A stretch of DNA of 64,000 nucleotides from Candidatus Kapaibacterium sp. (GTDB taxonomy: Bacteria; Bacteroidota; Ignavibacteria; Kapaibacteriales; UBA2268). Location: assembly GCA_963665665.1 (NCBI GenBank), contig OY762428.1, positions 4,000,001 to 4,064,000 of the forward strand. The letters run 5' to 3'. A model generated the notes under the pieces. The model searched no databases. It was not told where the DNA came from and worked only from the letters and a program-made list of their open reading frames with translations. The position numbers and the translations under genes were made by a program. Positions 38,276-47,222 of the stretch are shown here, in pieces (within the stretch, counting starts at the first letter, position 1; every line of letters begins with the position of its first letter).

Positions 38276-40776
38276 ATGAAGCCCAGACAGAACTTGATTT
38301 GATTGATCCCGCGCTGGACGCGGCGGGTTGGAGAGATACCGAAGGCGCTAAAATACATAAGCAGTTCCCTATTGCCAGTGGCCGGATAACAGGAAAAAAC
38401 ATGCGCTCCAAACCGCTACGTGCGGACTACGTGCTGCAATATCGGAACAGGTATATAGGCGTTATCGAGGGAAAAGCAAGCAATAAATATTATACCGAAG
38501 GTGTGGGCCAGGCTAAAAACTATGCCTTTATGCTGAACATTCGTTTTGCCTTTGCTACAAACGGCCACAAATCCTACCGTATTGACATGCAGGAGGGCAG
38601 CGAGGGCGATATTAGTAAATTCCCGACGCCGGATGAACTTTGGGAAATGACATTCCCGAAAAAGTCAACCGACCTGGCAACCCGTGAGGACTTATGGAAG
38701 GACAGGATGCTTTCCGTGCCATACGAAACAAAAAGCGGCACATGGCGGCCCCGTTACTATCAGGAAAATGCAGTAACCGCCGTGCTGGACTCTCTGGCTG
38801 AAGGAAAGAAAAGAATTCTGCTGACACTTGCCACCGGTACCGGAAAAACAGATATTGCATTCCAGATAGCATGGAAACTATACGAATCACGCTGGAACCT
38901 GCAATTCGACGGCAAAAGAAGGCCGAGGATACTTTTCCTGGCGGACAGGAACCTGCTGGCAGACCAGGCATTCAACAAGTTCAATTCATTCAATGCATTC
39001 GAGGAAAACGCGCTAGTGCGTATCTCGCCAGGCGAAATCAGCAAAAAACAGAAACCGCTTACAAACGGGAATATGTTTTATACAATTTTCCAGACTTTCA
39101 TGGCCGAGAACATTCAGCCCAAGGCAAAAAGAAATAAAATTTCAGCAAAAGCTACGGATAAAGATATTAGCAATATAAAAAGTGCCGCCGAACCCGACCA
39201 GGAATACACTACGGCAAACATGAAACCAAATTTCGGACAATACCCCAAAGACTTCTTTGATTTGATAATTATCGACGAATGTCACAGGGGCGGCTCCAAC
39301 GATGAAAGCACATGGCGCGGAATTCTTGAGTATTTCAGCCCGGCGGTTCAACTCGGGCTGACCGCCACGCCAAAAAGAGAAGTGAACAAAGATACCTACC
39401 TATACTTTGGCGATCCGGTATATGTTTATTCCCTGAAGCAGGGCATAAACGACGGTTTTCTTACCCCTTTCAAAGTAAAGGCAATTTCAACCACCGAGGA
39501 CGTATATAAATATACTTCGGGCGATACAGTTCTCCAGGGGGAGATTGACGAGGAGAGGGAATACGGACTGAAAGAACAGAACAGGATAATCATTATTCCT
39601 GCATTGGAAGAATACCGGGTAAAAGTATTTCTCGATAAAATTGATCAGGATCAGAAAACTCTGGTATTCTGTGCTACACAGAAACACGCTGCCATGGTTC
39701 GGGACTTTATTAACCAGCACGCAAGAAGTAAAAATCCGGATTACTGCCAGAGGGTAACGGCAAACGACGGGGCCGTAGGCGAACAGCATTTGAAGAACTT
39801 CCAGGACAATGAACGAACTATCCCTACAATCCTTACAACTTCCCAGAAACTGAGTACAGGAGTTGACGCGCCGGAGATCAGGAATATTATTCTTATGAGA
39901 ACGGTTAATTCCATAGTTGAATTCAAACAGATTATTGGCAGGGGTACCCGACTTTATGAAGGCAAGCCCTATTTCACTCTTTACGACTTTTACAAAGCAC
40001 ACGAGCATTTCAGCGATCCGGAATGGGACGGCGAACCGATAGAACCGGAAATATGCAAAAAATGCGGGAAATATCCCTGCGAATGCGAACCTGTGGTTTG
40101 TATAAAATGCGGTCAGTTCCCCTGCATTTGCATAAAAGAGCCGCCGGAGCCATGTCCCAATTGCCATAATATACCCTGCATTTGCGACAGGCCTGATAAA
40201 ACAATTAAGGTAATGCTATCGGATAATAAGGTCAGGGAACTTGATTCGATGGTGAAAACAAGATTCTACAGCCCGGACGGGAAAACAATTTCAGCCGAGG
40301 AATTCATTCGTATGCTGTTTGGCGATTTGCCGGGTCTGTTCAGGGATGAAGAAGAACTGCGGAAATTATGGAGCAGTCCGGTAACAAGAAAGCAACTACT
40401 TGAAGAGCTGAATAATATTGGTTACACTGCCGATCAGCTTGAAGACCTTTCCAAGCTTGTTCACGGCGAAGACAGCGACCTGTTTGATGTGCTAAACTAT
40501 ATTGCCTACCACCGTGAAATGATACCGAGGAAGAAAAGGGCTGATCAGGCCCGAAAATATTTCAATGTTTACAGCGACAACCAGCGTGATTTTCTGGACT
40601 TCGTGCTAAAGCAGTACATCAGTATCGGCTTTGACGAGCTTGACGACAGCAAACTTCCGGAACTACTCACCTTGAAGTACCAGGCAATAGGAGACGCGCA
40701 AGAGAAACTTGGGGAGATAAAATCCATACGTGAAACATTCATCAGCTTCCAGGAACATTTATACCGGGTAGCATAG
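38272..40776 (+). CDS. hsdR: Type I R-M restriction subunit R (EcoAI/EcoEI-like)
   Basis: ADYVL...VIEGK, LATGTGKT, IIDECHRG, GLTATP, QIIGRGTRL. Confidence 0.95.
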   Translation: MNEAQTELDLIDPALDAAGWRDTEGAKIHKQFPIASGRITGKNMRSKPLRADYVLQYRNRYIGVIEGKASNKYYTEGVGQAKNYAFMLNIRFAFATNGHKSYRIDMQEGSEGDISKFPTPDELWEMTFPKKSTDLATREDLWKDRMLSVPYETKSGTWRPRYYQENAVTAVLDSLAEGKKRILLTLATGTGKTDIAFQIAWKLYESRWNLQFDGKRRPRILFLADRNLLADQAFNKFNSFNAFEENALVRISPGEISKKQKPLTNGNMFYTIFQTFMAENIQPKAKRNKISAKATDKDISNIKSAAEPDQEYTTANMKPNFGQYPKDFFDLIIIDECHRGGSNDESTWRGILEYFSPAVQLGLTATPKREVNKDTYLYFGDPVYVYSLKQGINDGFLTPFKVKAISTTEDVYKYTSGDTVLQGEIDEEREYGLKEQNRIIIIPALEEYRVKVFLDKIDQDQKTLVFCATQKHAAMVRDFINQHARSKNPDYCQRVTANDGAVGEQHLKNFQDNERTIPTILTTSQKLSTGVDAPEIRNIILMRTVNSIVEFKQIIGRGTRLYEGKPYFTLYDFYKAHEHFSDPEWDGEPIEPEICKKCGKYPCECEPVVCIKCGQFPCICIKEPPEPCPNCHNIPCICDRPDKTIKVMLSDNKVRELDSMVKTRFYSPDGKTISAEEFIRMLFGDLPGLFRDEEELRKLWSSPVTRKQLLEELNNIGYTADQLEDLSKLVHGEDSDLFDVLNYIAYHREMIPRKKRADQARKYFNVYSDNQRDFLDFVLKQYISIGFDELDDSKLPELLTLKYQAIGDAQEKLGEIKSIRETFISFQEHLYRVA

Positions 40777-40793
40777 GAAGGTGAGGTGCATAA

Positions 40794-40958
40794 TTGGCTG
40801 AAAACATTAAATATCTATACCATTATACTAAATTCGATTCGGGAATAAAGATTTTGGAATCCCAATCGCTAAGAATGTATAATGCACTTTCGCAAAGCGA
40901 TCCTTATGATATTGTATATGGAGCGCAAGAAGCTTTTAAAATGAGCAGGCGGAAATGA
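40794..40958 (+). pseudogene. Truncated DUF2971-like N-terminal fragment (54 aa)
   Basis: GAGGTG RBS plus TTG start; YLYHYTKFDSGIKILESQSLRMYNALSQSDPYD matches the LYHYT...IL...L.....DP pattern. Confidence 0.5.
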
Positions 40959-41388
40959 TAGCAGAGGAATTGACTGGAGAAAGATAAAAGCAGAATAATA
41001 AAATATAGAAATTATTCTCAGGCAGTTCAAAATTATTTAACTATATTTATTTCGAGTACATTGAAATAAATAATTATAATGGTAATTTCATAGGTTTTTC
41101 TCTCTTTCTTTCTTTTGGTTGTTTAGTGAATTAATTTTACTTTTACTGAAATTTTGCCATTCCAAGGCTAATTATTTTTTTAGTTTATCTTAATCTTAAC
41201 ACTTGTTGTAATTTTTAACACTGTTAAAGTTGCCTTATTAGATAACATTTTGCTGAAAATTCCGGAAAATTAGTTATTAAAGGTACTATCGTTGTCAGTT
41301 TTGATATACTTCCTAAAAATAAAAATGCCATTTTAAAAATTTAAAAGTATGTCAGAATATACAACGTCTGTAACTTAAACAACTATTT

Positions 41389-41703
41389 TTATGACAAAAA
41401 GTTAATCATAAATTCATATAAGTTCTCTAATCTTTTCCTCTCGTGATCGCTTAGGATATTTTCATTATCCTCTATTGCTAATTTGATTCCTTCGGGTTTT
41501 AGCAGAATGGCTTTTACATATTTTACCCCGTTGGGATGGGATATTATTTCTATATCAAGTGATTTTAATTTATCGATGAAATAATCAATACTACGGGGTT
41601 TAAAGCCATCGCAATTTTTGCAAAAAGACTGATAAACGGCATAGTGGATGTTCAGACTAATATATACAGTATCGTTAACGTTATAGACTATATCATAATT
41701 CAT
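41389..41703 (-). CDS. Hypothetical protein downstream of the primase
   Basis: 104-aa ORF co-oriented with the primase, AGGAAG RBS. Confidence 0.6.
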   Translation of the reverse strand: MNYDIVYNVNDTVYISLNIHYAVYQSFCKNCDGFKPRSIDYFIDKLKSLDIEIISHPNGVKYVKAILLKPEGIKLAIEDNENILSDHERKRLENLYEFMINFLS

Positions 41704-41720
41704 AATATTTCTTCCTAAAA

Positions 41721-44084
41721 TTATTTAAACATGCTGTTATTTCCAGGATTCGGGTTGTTTTTGGGATCGTCAGCAACTTTTTGCCGGGCTTCCGGTTTAA
41801 ATTTTAATCCGGTTATATATTTTTTATTTCCAGTACTTGTAATTTTTTTAAATCCTTTTTCTTCCAGTTTTCTGTAAAAAGTTCTGTTGCCAAGTATCCT
41901 TTCAGAATATTCTCTGCACCAGGTCTGGTATGATACGAAAACACTTTTCGCAAGTATCTTATCATTCGGATCATTTGTTATATCAAAAAATTCCTCAAGG
42001 AAATCCTGGACAATGTCATTTTCATTGCGGTATTCACTTGTCGCGGAAGTTACTATTCTTGGTGGTTGCAGGCCGTACATCTGGTATTTCTTCCATCCTT
42101 CTATCATCCAGTTCAGGATCACGGATTTCTCGTTCATAAGTTCGTCCATAATCTCATCAGCAGGGCGGCGTTCATCATCGGAAATGGTAACGGTAAAGGG
42201 AATAATCAATATGCGTCGCCATATTCCTTCGTCCGTGCCTTTTATTATTGGTTTGTGGTTGCCGTACATCCAAAGCGTGTGCGTGGGGAAGAAATCAAAA
42301 AACTCCTGCCGCAGGAAACGCGCCGTAATTTTGTCGTGGCCTGTCAGGTCTTTTACTTTTTCCTCGTTCAGGCGGCGGCTTTCCGGTAGTTCCGAGCTTA
42401 CTACCAGCCTGTGGCCCACGATACGCGCCAAATCGTTGGATATACCTTCGTTTTGCCTTTGCATCAGAGTATCGGCCCCGATTTTCATACCGTAATCGCC
42501 AAACATCTTATCCAGCACGTTAAAGAAAATGGATTTTCCGTTCTTACCTGTGCCATAGCAGAAGAAAAGAACTTCTTCGCTAACATTTCCGTTCATGGTG
42601 TAGCCCACGGCCCTTTGCACAAAATCGATAAGCTCCTGGTTATCATCAAAAACTGTGGCAAGGAATAAATCCCATGCAACGCCCATATCCTCGTCGGGTT
42701 TATACTCGGCATCAACGATATTTGTTATCATATCTTCGCGCTGGTGGGGGGTTTTGAAAACATTGTCCCGCAGGTCGTAAGTTCCGTTTGCCAGGTTAAA
42801 CAGGTGGTTATGTTTATTATAATCGCTTTCCAGTGTGGCAAACCCGTTCCGGCCCTTTGCCATTTTTATTGAATTATAAAAAGTGCTGGCGCTTTGGGAT
42901 TTCAGGCTCCATTTGTAAAGTTCCTTTTTTTTCCCTCCGTTTTTTTCCTGGCTTGCCTCAATCTTCAGCTTCATAACGGTTTCATCCATGTACCTTTCAT
43001 GCTTATCTTTCTCGTCCAGGTTCCATTTTGTTCCGTCCCATATCATCCATTTGCCTCGGTTATGGTTAAAGCGCAGGGTATCCTTCCATTGCTCGTAAAA
43101 CCTGACGGAGTTTCCGCGTTCCGTCATATCGGGGCCTTCGTTCTTTGCGCGGTTGGCCTCGGCAATACCCGGAATTTTATTAATATCGTAGCCGTAATGC
43201 TTCGCAAAGTATATTAGCGTTCCGATACTGATATTCCGCAGGCGGTATTTCATTTTTCGGGCTGTCCCCATATCTTCGTCGCGGCTCCAGTTTTCTACAA
43301 TATCCACGGCGGTAGTCATATCCGATTCAAAATAATTGCCAATGGCGGAAATTATCTTCAGCCAAACATAGTAGCCGGGATAGGGGGGTATCGCGTCCAG
43401 CATTTCTTCTATGTGTTTGCGCCCGATTTCCCTGTCCGCGTACTCCCTGTAAAACTTTGTTTTGGGTTCCTCGTGGTGGTAGTCCTGCTTTGCTGCTTCC
43501 CAAAAAGATCGTGTCATCAGGTTATCAAAAATATAGAAGTCACCTTTCGAGCTGCCGTAATACATTCGGGAAACATCTTTGCACTGATCGTCCGCGTCGT
43601 ATTTGCGGATAAAGAACAATACTGTTTCCTGGAACTGTGTGGCGCTCAGGCTTGTTTTTTGGAACGAAAGAACTATCCTGAACTTGTGATGCTCCGGCGT
43701 ATGGCTTGCAGTGGTATAAATCATTACGGCATTATTTGTCAGCTCGGGATCATTTACAGCATCTTCAACCCGGAAGTATCCCTCGTGTTCTTTTTTGCAT
43801 CTTATTTCGCCGGTTTCCTTGTCAGTAATAGTGTTATCAATATCCAGGGCCACCAGCCGGGCTTTCAGGAAATTAGCCGCGCCGCGCCCTTCTTTCGGGT
43901 TTTTCCAATACGCACAGGAAAAGGCAAACCCTTTTGCAATATGCTCCTTCAGCTCTTCGGCAGTAAGCTCGGCATTTTCCCATTTATGCGTATCAGCAGC
44001 GCGGTTATGGGCCTTATCAATAATCCCCTTGTTAATACTGCAAGGGTATGTTCTTGGTTTTGTTTTTTTAACTAAGTCAATCAT
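41721..44084 (-). CDS. P4/D5-family primase-helicase (prim-pol, PriCT-2-like, D5_N, SF3 helicase)
   Basis: ALDIDN, YTTASH, KFRIV; GTGKNGKS, LTGHDKITARFL, NHKPIIKGTDEGIWRR. Confidence 0.93.
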   Translation of the reverse strand: MIDLVKKTKPRTYPCSINKGIIDKAHNRAADTHKWENAELTAEELKEHIAKGFAFSCAYWKNPKEGRGAANFLKARLVALDIDNTITDKETGEIRCKKEHEGYFRVEDAVNDPELTNNAVMIYTTASHTPEHHKFRIVLSFQKTSLSATQFQETVLFFIRKYDADDQCKDVSRMYYGSSKGDFYIFDNLMTRSFWEAAKQDYHHEEPKTKFYREYADREIGRKHIEEMLDAIPPYPGYYVWLKIISAIGNYFESDMTTAVDIVENWSRDEDMGTARKMKYRLRNISIGTLIYFAKHYGYDINKIPGIAEANRAKNEGPDMTERGNSVRFYEQWKDTLRFNHNRGKWMIWDGTKWNLDEKDKHERYMDETVMKLKIEASQEKNGGKKKELYKWSLKSQSASTFYNSIKMAKGRNGFATLESDYNKHNHLFNLANGTYDLRDNVFKTPHQREDMITNIVDAEYKPDEDMGVAWDLFLATVFDDNQELIDFVQRAVGYTMNGNVSEEVLFFCYGTGKNGKSIFFNVLDKMFGDYGMKIGADTLMQRQNEGISNDLARIVGHRLVVSSELPESRRLNEEKVKDLTGHDKITARFLRQEFFDFFPTHTLWMYGNHKPIIKGTDEGIWRRILIIPFTVTISDDERRPADEIMDELMNEKSVILNWMIEGWKKYQMYGLQPPRIVTSATSEYRNENDIVQDFLEEFFDITNDPNDKILAKSVFVSYQTWCREYSERILGNRTFYRKLEEKGFKKITSTGNKKYITGLKFKPEARQKVADDPKNNPNPGNNSMFK

Positions 44085-44401
44085 TATTTCAGTTCCTCAT
44101 TATTACATTTATCATCCTGAAATAACTTCATAACTTCTGATCGTTTGAAGAATATTCTTCCGCCAACTGGATGAACTTTGATTAGTCCTTTTTCTATCCA
44201 GTTATAGATTGTTGGCCTTGACACCTTCAACAATGAAATCAAATCAATCATTGTCATAATATCGGATTCTGTTGAGCTTGATTCACTTTCATTATTTTTC
44301 GTTTTCAGATTATTTAATTCCTGTTTAATCATCGCACGAACTTCACTGGATTGAAAGTGTTTTGATTCCGGGGTTTCTTTCTTGTTCATAATAGATTCCA
44401 T
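44084..44401 (-). CDS. Excisionase/AlpA-like HTH DNA-binding protein
   Basis: LLKVSRPTIYNWIEKGLIKVHPVGGRIFFKRSEV; stop overlaps the primase start. Confidence 0.85.
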   Translation of the reverse strand: MESIMNKKETPESKHFQSSEVRAMIKQELNNLKTKNNESESSSTESDIMTMIDLISLLKVSRPTIYNWIEKGLIKVHPVGGRIFFKRSEVMKLFQDDKCNNEELK

Positions 44402-44547
44402 TATTATTAATAACAATTATTATCAATATCTTACTTGTCTTGTCAAGATTTAATGGAATTTATCGTTTAGGCGCTATTAATGAAAATAATCTTACTTAAA
44501 AAATTTTTCAGTAATCTGTATCTTATTGGTTTTTTTGATTTTATTTT

Positions 44548-44781
44548 TTACTTAAAACTTTTTACTGATATTTCTTTTAGGGCTGCATCGGTTAAATATT
44601 TCATAATACGTTGCTTTGCCTTTCTTGCTGCAAGGATAGCTTCCCTGTTTTTATAATATCTTTCTCGGGCTTTTTCCTTAATTTTTTCCTTATTTTTGGG
44701 GTTGTTATAATACTTTCTGTTCATAATTTTTCGGTCTTCAGAAGTATAATATTTTCGTGGCTTTTGGAGCTTAATTTCCAT
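44548..44781 (-). CDS. Small basic hypothetical protein
   Basis: 77 aa, K/R/Y-rich; AAGGGA RBS. Confidence 0.6.
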   Translation of the reverse strand: MEIKLQKPRKYYTSEDRKIMNRKYYNNPKNKEKIKEKARERYYKNREAILAARKAKQRIMKYLTDAALKEISVKSFK

Positions 44782-44794
44782 AGGAATCCCTTAA

Positions 44795-44816
44795 TAGTAG
44801 AACATCAGTAGAACAT
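44795..44816. repeat. Putative integrase arm-type sites at attR
   Basis: tagtagaacat-cagtagaacat, same as 21123-21155. Confidence 0.7.
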
Positions 44817-44864
44817 TTTGTAAAAATAACGTTTTTTTGTTAAAAATCAATGGTTATTATTTCT

Positions 44865-44913
44865 CTACGGATCAGGAGGTTACAGGTTCGAATCCTGTCG
44901 GGTGTACGAAATA
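44865..44913 (+). repeat. attR core (duplicated 3' half of tRNA-Arg)
   Basis: Identical to 20953-21001; lacks the 5' half of the tRNA. Confidence 0.95.
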
Positions 44914-44920
44914 TAAGATT

Positions 44921-44955
44921 AAGTCTTTGTAATATAATAAATTACAAAGGCTTTT
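44921..44955 (+). terminator. Displaced original tRNA terminator
   Basis: aagtctttgtaat/attacaaaggctt stem plus T-run. Confidence 0.65.
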
Positions 44956-45396
44956 CTTGTTTTTACACAAACATTCCGTAAACTTATCCGGGCTCACACA
45001 CAAAACTTGGGGACTAAGCAAAAAGTTTCATAAATCTGAATATGAAGAAGTCGTTATCGACAACACCTCTCTGGTTAGGCCTGAATAGTTTAATCCCCCG
45101 GATTTGTTTCTGACCTGAATAATTCACGAGTTTTATCAGTTTTTATTTGTATTGAATGTAACTGATATTGCAGTTGTTCTCTGCCTGCAATTTGTGGTAA
45201 TGAAAAAAAATTATTATATAAAAAAATATGCATAAATTTCCGAACAAACCTTTCTCTAAATTAGATTTAGCTAAAAATAATTTCAATATATTGTAAGTTC
45301 TGATCAGATTTTTCAAAAATTTGTAATATATTGCAACTTGTTATTTTTGTATGGGGATTTTAAGTACTTTTTTTAATTAACTATTTGGGAGATGAA

Positions 45397-46524
45397 ATGT
45401 CTCAGGAAAAAACTTACAAAATAGCGTGGCTGCCGGGTGACGGAATTGGCGTGGACGTTCTTGATGCTGCTAAGATTATCTTTGACAAGATTAAGCTTAA
45501 TGCTGAATATATACATGGTGATATTGGTTGGGAATTTTGGTGCAAAGAAGGAGACCCTTTACCGAAACGCACTATAGAACTTCTGGAAAATTCAGATGCT
45601 TCGATGTTTGGCGCAATTACTTCAAAACCGGTAAAAGCTGCAAATGCCGAGCTGGCTCCGGAATTGCAGGATAAAGGGCTCATATATCGTTCGCCTATCG
45701 TAAGAATGCGTCAGTTGTTCGACCTTTATGTATGCTTAAGGCCCACAAAGGCCTATTTGGGCAATCCTTTGAACTATCGTGATGATATTGATATTGTTGT
45801 TTTCAGGGAAAATACCGAGGATCTGTATTCAGGGGTTGAATTTTCGCCGGTACCCAAAGAGCTGAGCGATGTTCTTAACAAAATTTCAGGCCCGTTCTCG
45901 AAATTTGCCGGCCTGAATAATGACGAGTATGCAATATCCTGCAAAATTAATACTGCCAAAGGATGTGAAAGGATTATTCGTGCTGCATTTGATTATGCAA
46001 AAACTCACAACAGGCAGAAAGTTACTATCGTACACAAGGCCAATGTTGTTCGTGCAACTGATGGAATGTTCCTTGAAATCGGCCGCGAAGTGGCAAAAGA
46101 TTATCCTGAAATAGAAATGGATGAAGGAAACATTGATGCAATGACAATGTGGCTGCTTAAAAATCCGGAAAGATATGACGTGCTGGTTGCTCCAAACCTG
46201 TACGGAGATGTAATATCAGACCTTTGTGCACAGATGGTTGGCGGCCTTGGATTTGGTTGTTCAGGTAATATTGGCGAGAAACTGTGCGTTGCCGAACCTA
46301 CTCACGGATCTGCTCCGAAATATGCCGGCCAATACAAAGTAAACCCGATAGCAACTATTCTTGCTGGTAAAATGATGCTTGAAGAGCTTGGGGAACTTGA
46401 AAAAGCTGCTATTATCGAGAAAGCAACTGCTGAAGTTATTGCCGACGGTAAAGTAAGAACTTACGACATGGGCGGTGATGCAACAACATTGCAAATGGCC
46501 GAAGCAATAGCTGAAAGAATATAA
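45397..46524 (+). CDS. Isocitrate/isopropylmalate dehydrogenase family protein
   Basis: LPGDGIG, RENTEDLY, HKANV, NLYGDVISD, EPTHGSAPKYAG. Confidence 0.93.
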   Translation: MSQEKTYKIAWLPGDGIGVDVLDAAKIIFDKIKLNAEYIHGDIGWEFWCKEGDPLPKRTIELLENSDASMFGAITSKPVKAANAELAPELQDKGLIYRSPIVRMRQLFDLYVCLRPTKAYLGNPLNYRDDIDIVVFRENTEDLYSGVEFSPVPKELSDVLNKISGPFSKFAGLNNDEYAISCKINTAKGCERIIRAAFDYAKTHNRQKVTIVHKANVVRATDGMFLEIGREVAKDYPEIEMDEGNIDAMTMWLLKNPERYDVLVAPNLYGDVISDLCAQMVGGLGFGCSGNIGEKLCVAEPTHGSAPKYAGQYKVNPIATILAGKMMLEELGELEKAAIIEKATAEVIADGKVRTYDMGGDATTLQMAEAIAERI

Positions 46525-46546
46525 TACAAATTGAATTGCTATATGC

Positions 46547-46582
46547 AAAAAAAGGCTGCCCGGATCAGGCAGCCTTTTTTTT
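46547..46582. terminator. Bidirectional terminator
   Basis: A7-ggctgcc/ggcagcc-T8 between convergent genes. Confidence 0.85.
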
Positions 46583-46601
46583 GATGATATTTAAAAGTTC
46601 T

Positions 46602-47108
46602 TTAGTTGTAAATATCCAAAACTCCATTGTCAGCCTTTACTTTCAGGCCTTCAGTGCTTTCTGCCTCGAAATTGTAACTACCCGTTATCCTGCTTCCGAT
46701 TATGGATGTTATATTTACTGAACCGCTCTTGGATATGTAAGTTTCACGGGCTTTCCCGTCAAGAAAAGTTGAAAATGTGGCTATTGCATAATCCACATCT
46801 TCGTTTTGTTTTTTTTCATCGATATCTATTATTGGGAATACTCCGGATATTTCACTGTTCTTAAAATATATATAAAGTGTCATATAGTATTTTAAGGAGT
46901 CTGTTTCCATTGGGCTGGCAAGCTGTACAACATAACGACCGCTATCACTGGCTTCAGTTACAAAAGTTTGAGATTCGAATAAAATTTCAATCTCTCCGCT
47001 TATATCTGCTGTCATTTCAGGATCATAAACAGGAGTCGAAGAGGGGGGATCATCATTACATGAAATCATGATTAATAATGGGATAAAAAGTAAAATTAGT
47101 TTTTTCAT
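46602..47108 (-). CDS. Putative lipoprotein
   Basis: MKKLILLFIPLLIMIS-C lipobox; SGSVNITS...ITGSYNFEA. Confidence 0.8.
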   Translation of the reverse strand: MKKLILLFIPLLIMISCNDDPPSSTPVYDPEMTADISGEIEILFESQTFVTEASDSGRYVVQLASPMETDSLKYYMTLYIYFKNSEISGVFPIIDIDEKKQNEDVDYAIATFSTFLDGKARETYISKSGSVNITSIIGSRITGSYNFEAESTEGLKVKADNGVLDIYN

Positions 47109-47165
47109 TATAATACTCCTGATTAAAATTCAGAAAATCTTTCAAACTCAGTACATATAAGATAC

Positions 47166-47202
47166 AAAAAAATCTGCCAACTAAATAAGCAGGCAGATTT
47201 TT
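47166..47202 (-). terminator. Rho-independent terminator
   Basis: aaaaatctgcc/ggcagattttt stem. Confidence 0.7.
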
Positions 47203-47222
47203 CTTATGAAAAATTAATAATT

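Larger units (their letters stand above)
20953..44913. mobile_element. tRNA-Arg-integrated genomic island, satellite-like (int, xis-like HTH, P4/D5 primase, defence cargo)
   Basis: 49-bp direct repeats at both ends, integrase at the left end, replication module at the right end. Confidence 0.93.

Noticed and set aside
44865-44913. Second tRNA-Arg gene
   Set aside because: Only the 3' half is present; it is attR.
20953-44913. Complete prophage or ICE
   Set aside because: No recognisable structural, lysis, T4SS or relaxase genes.
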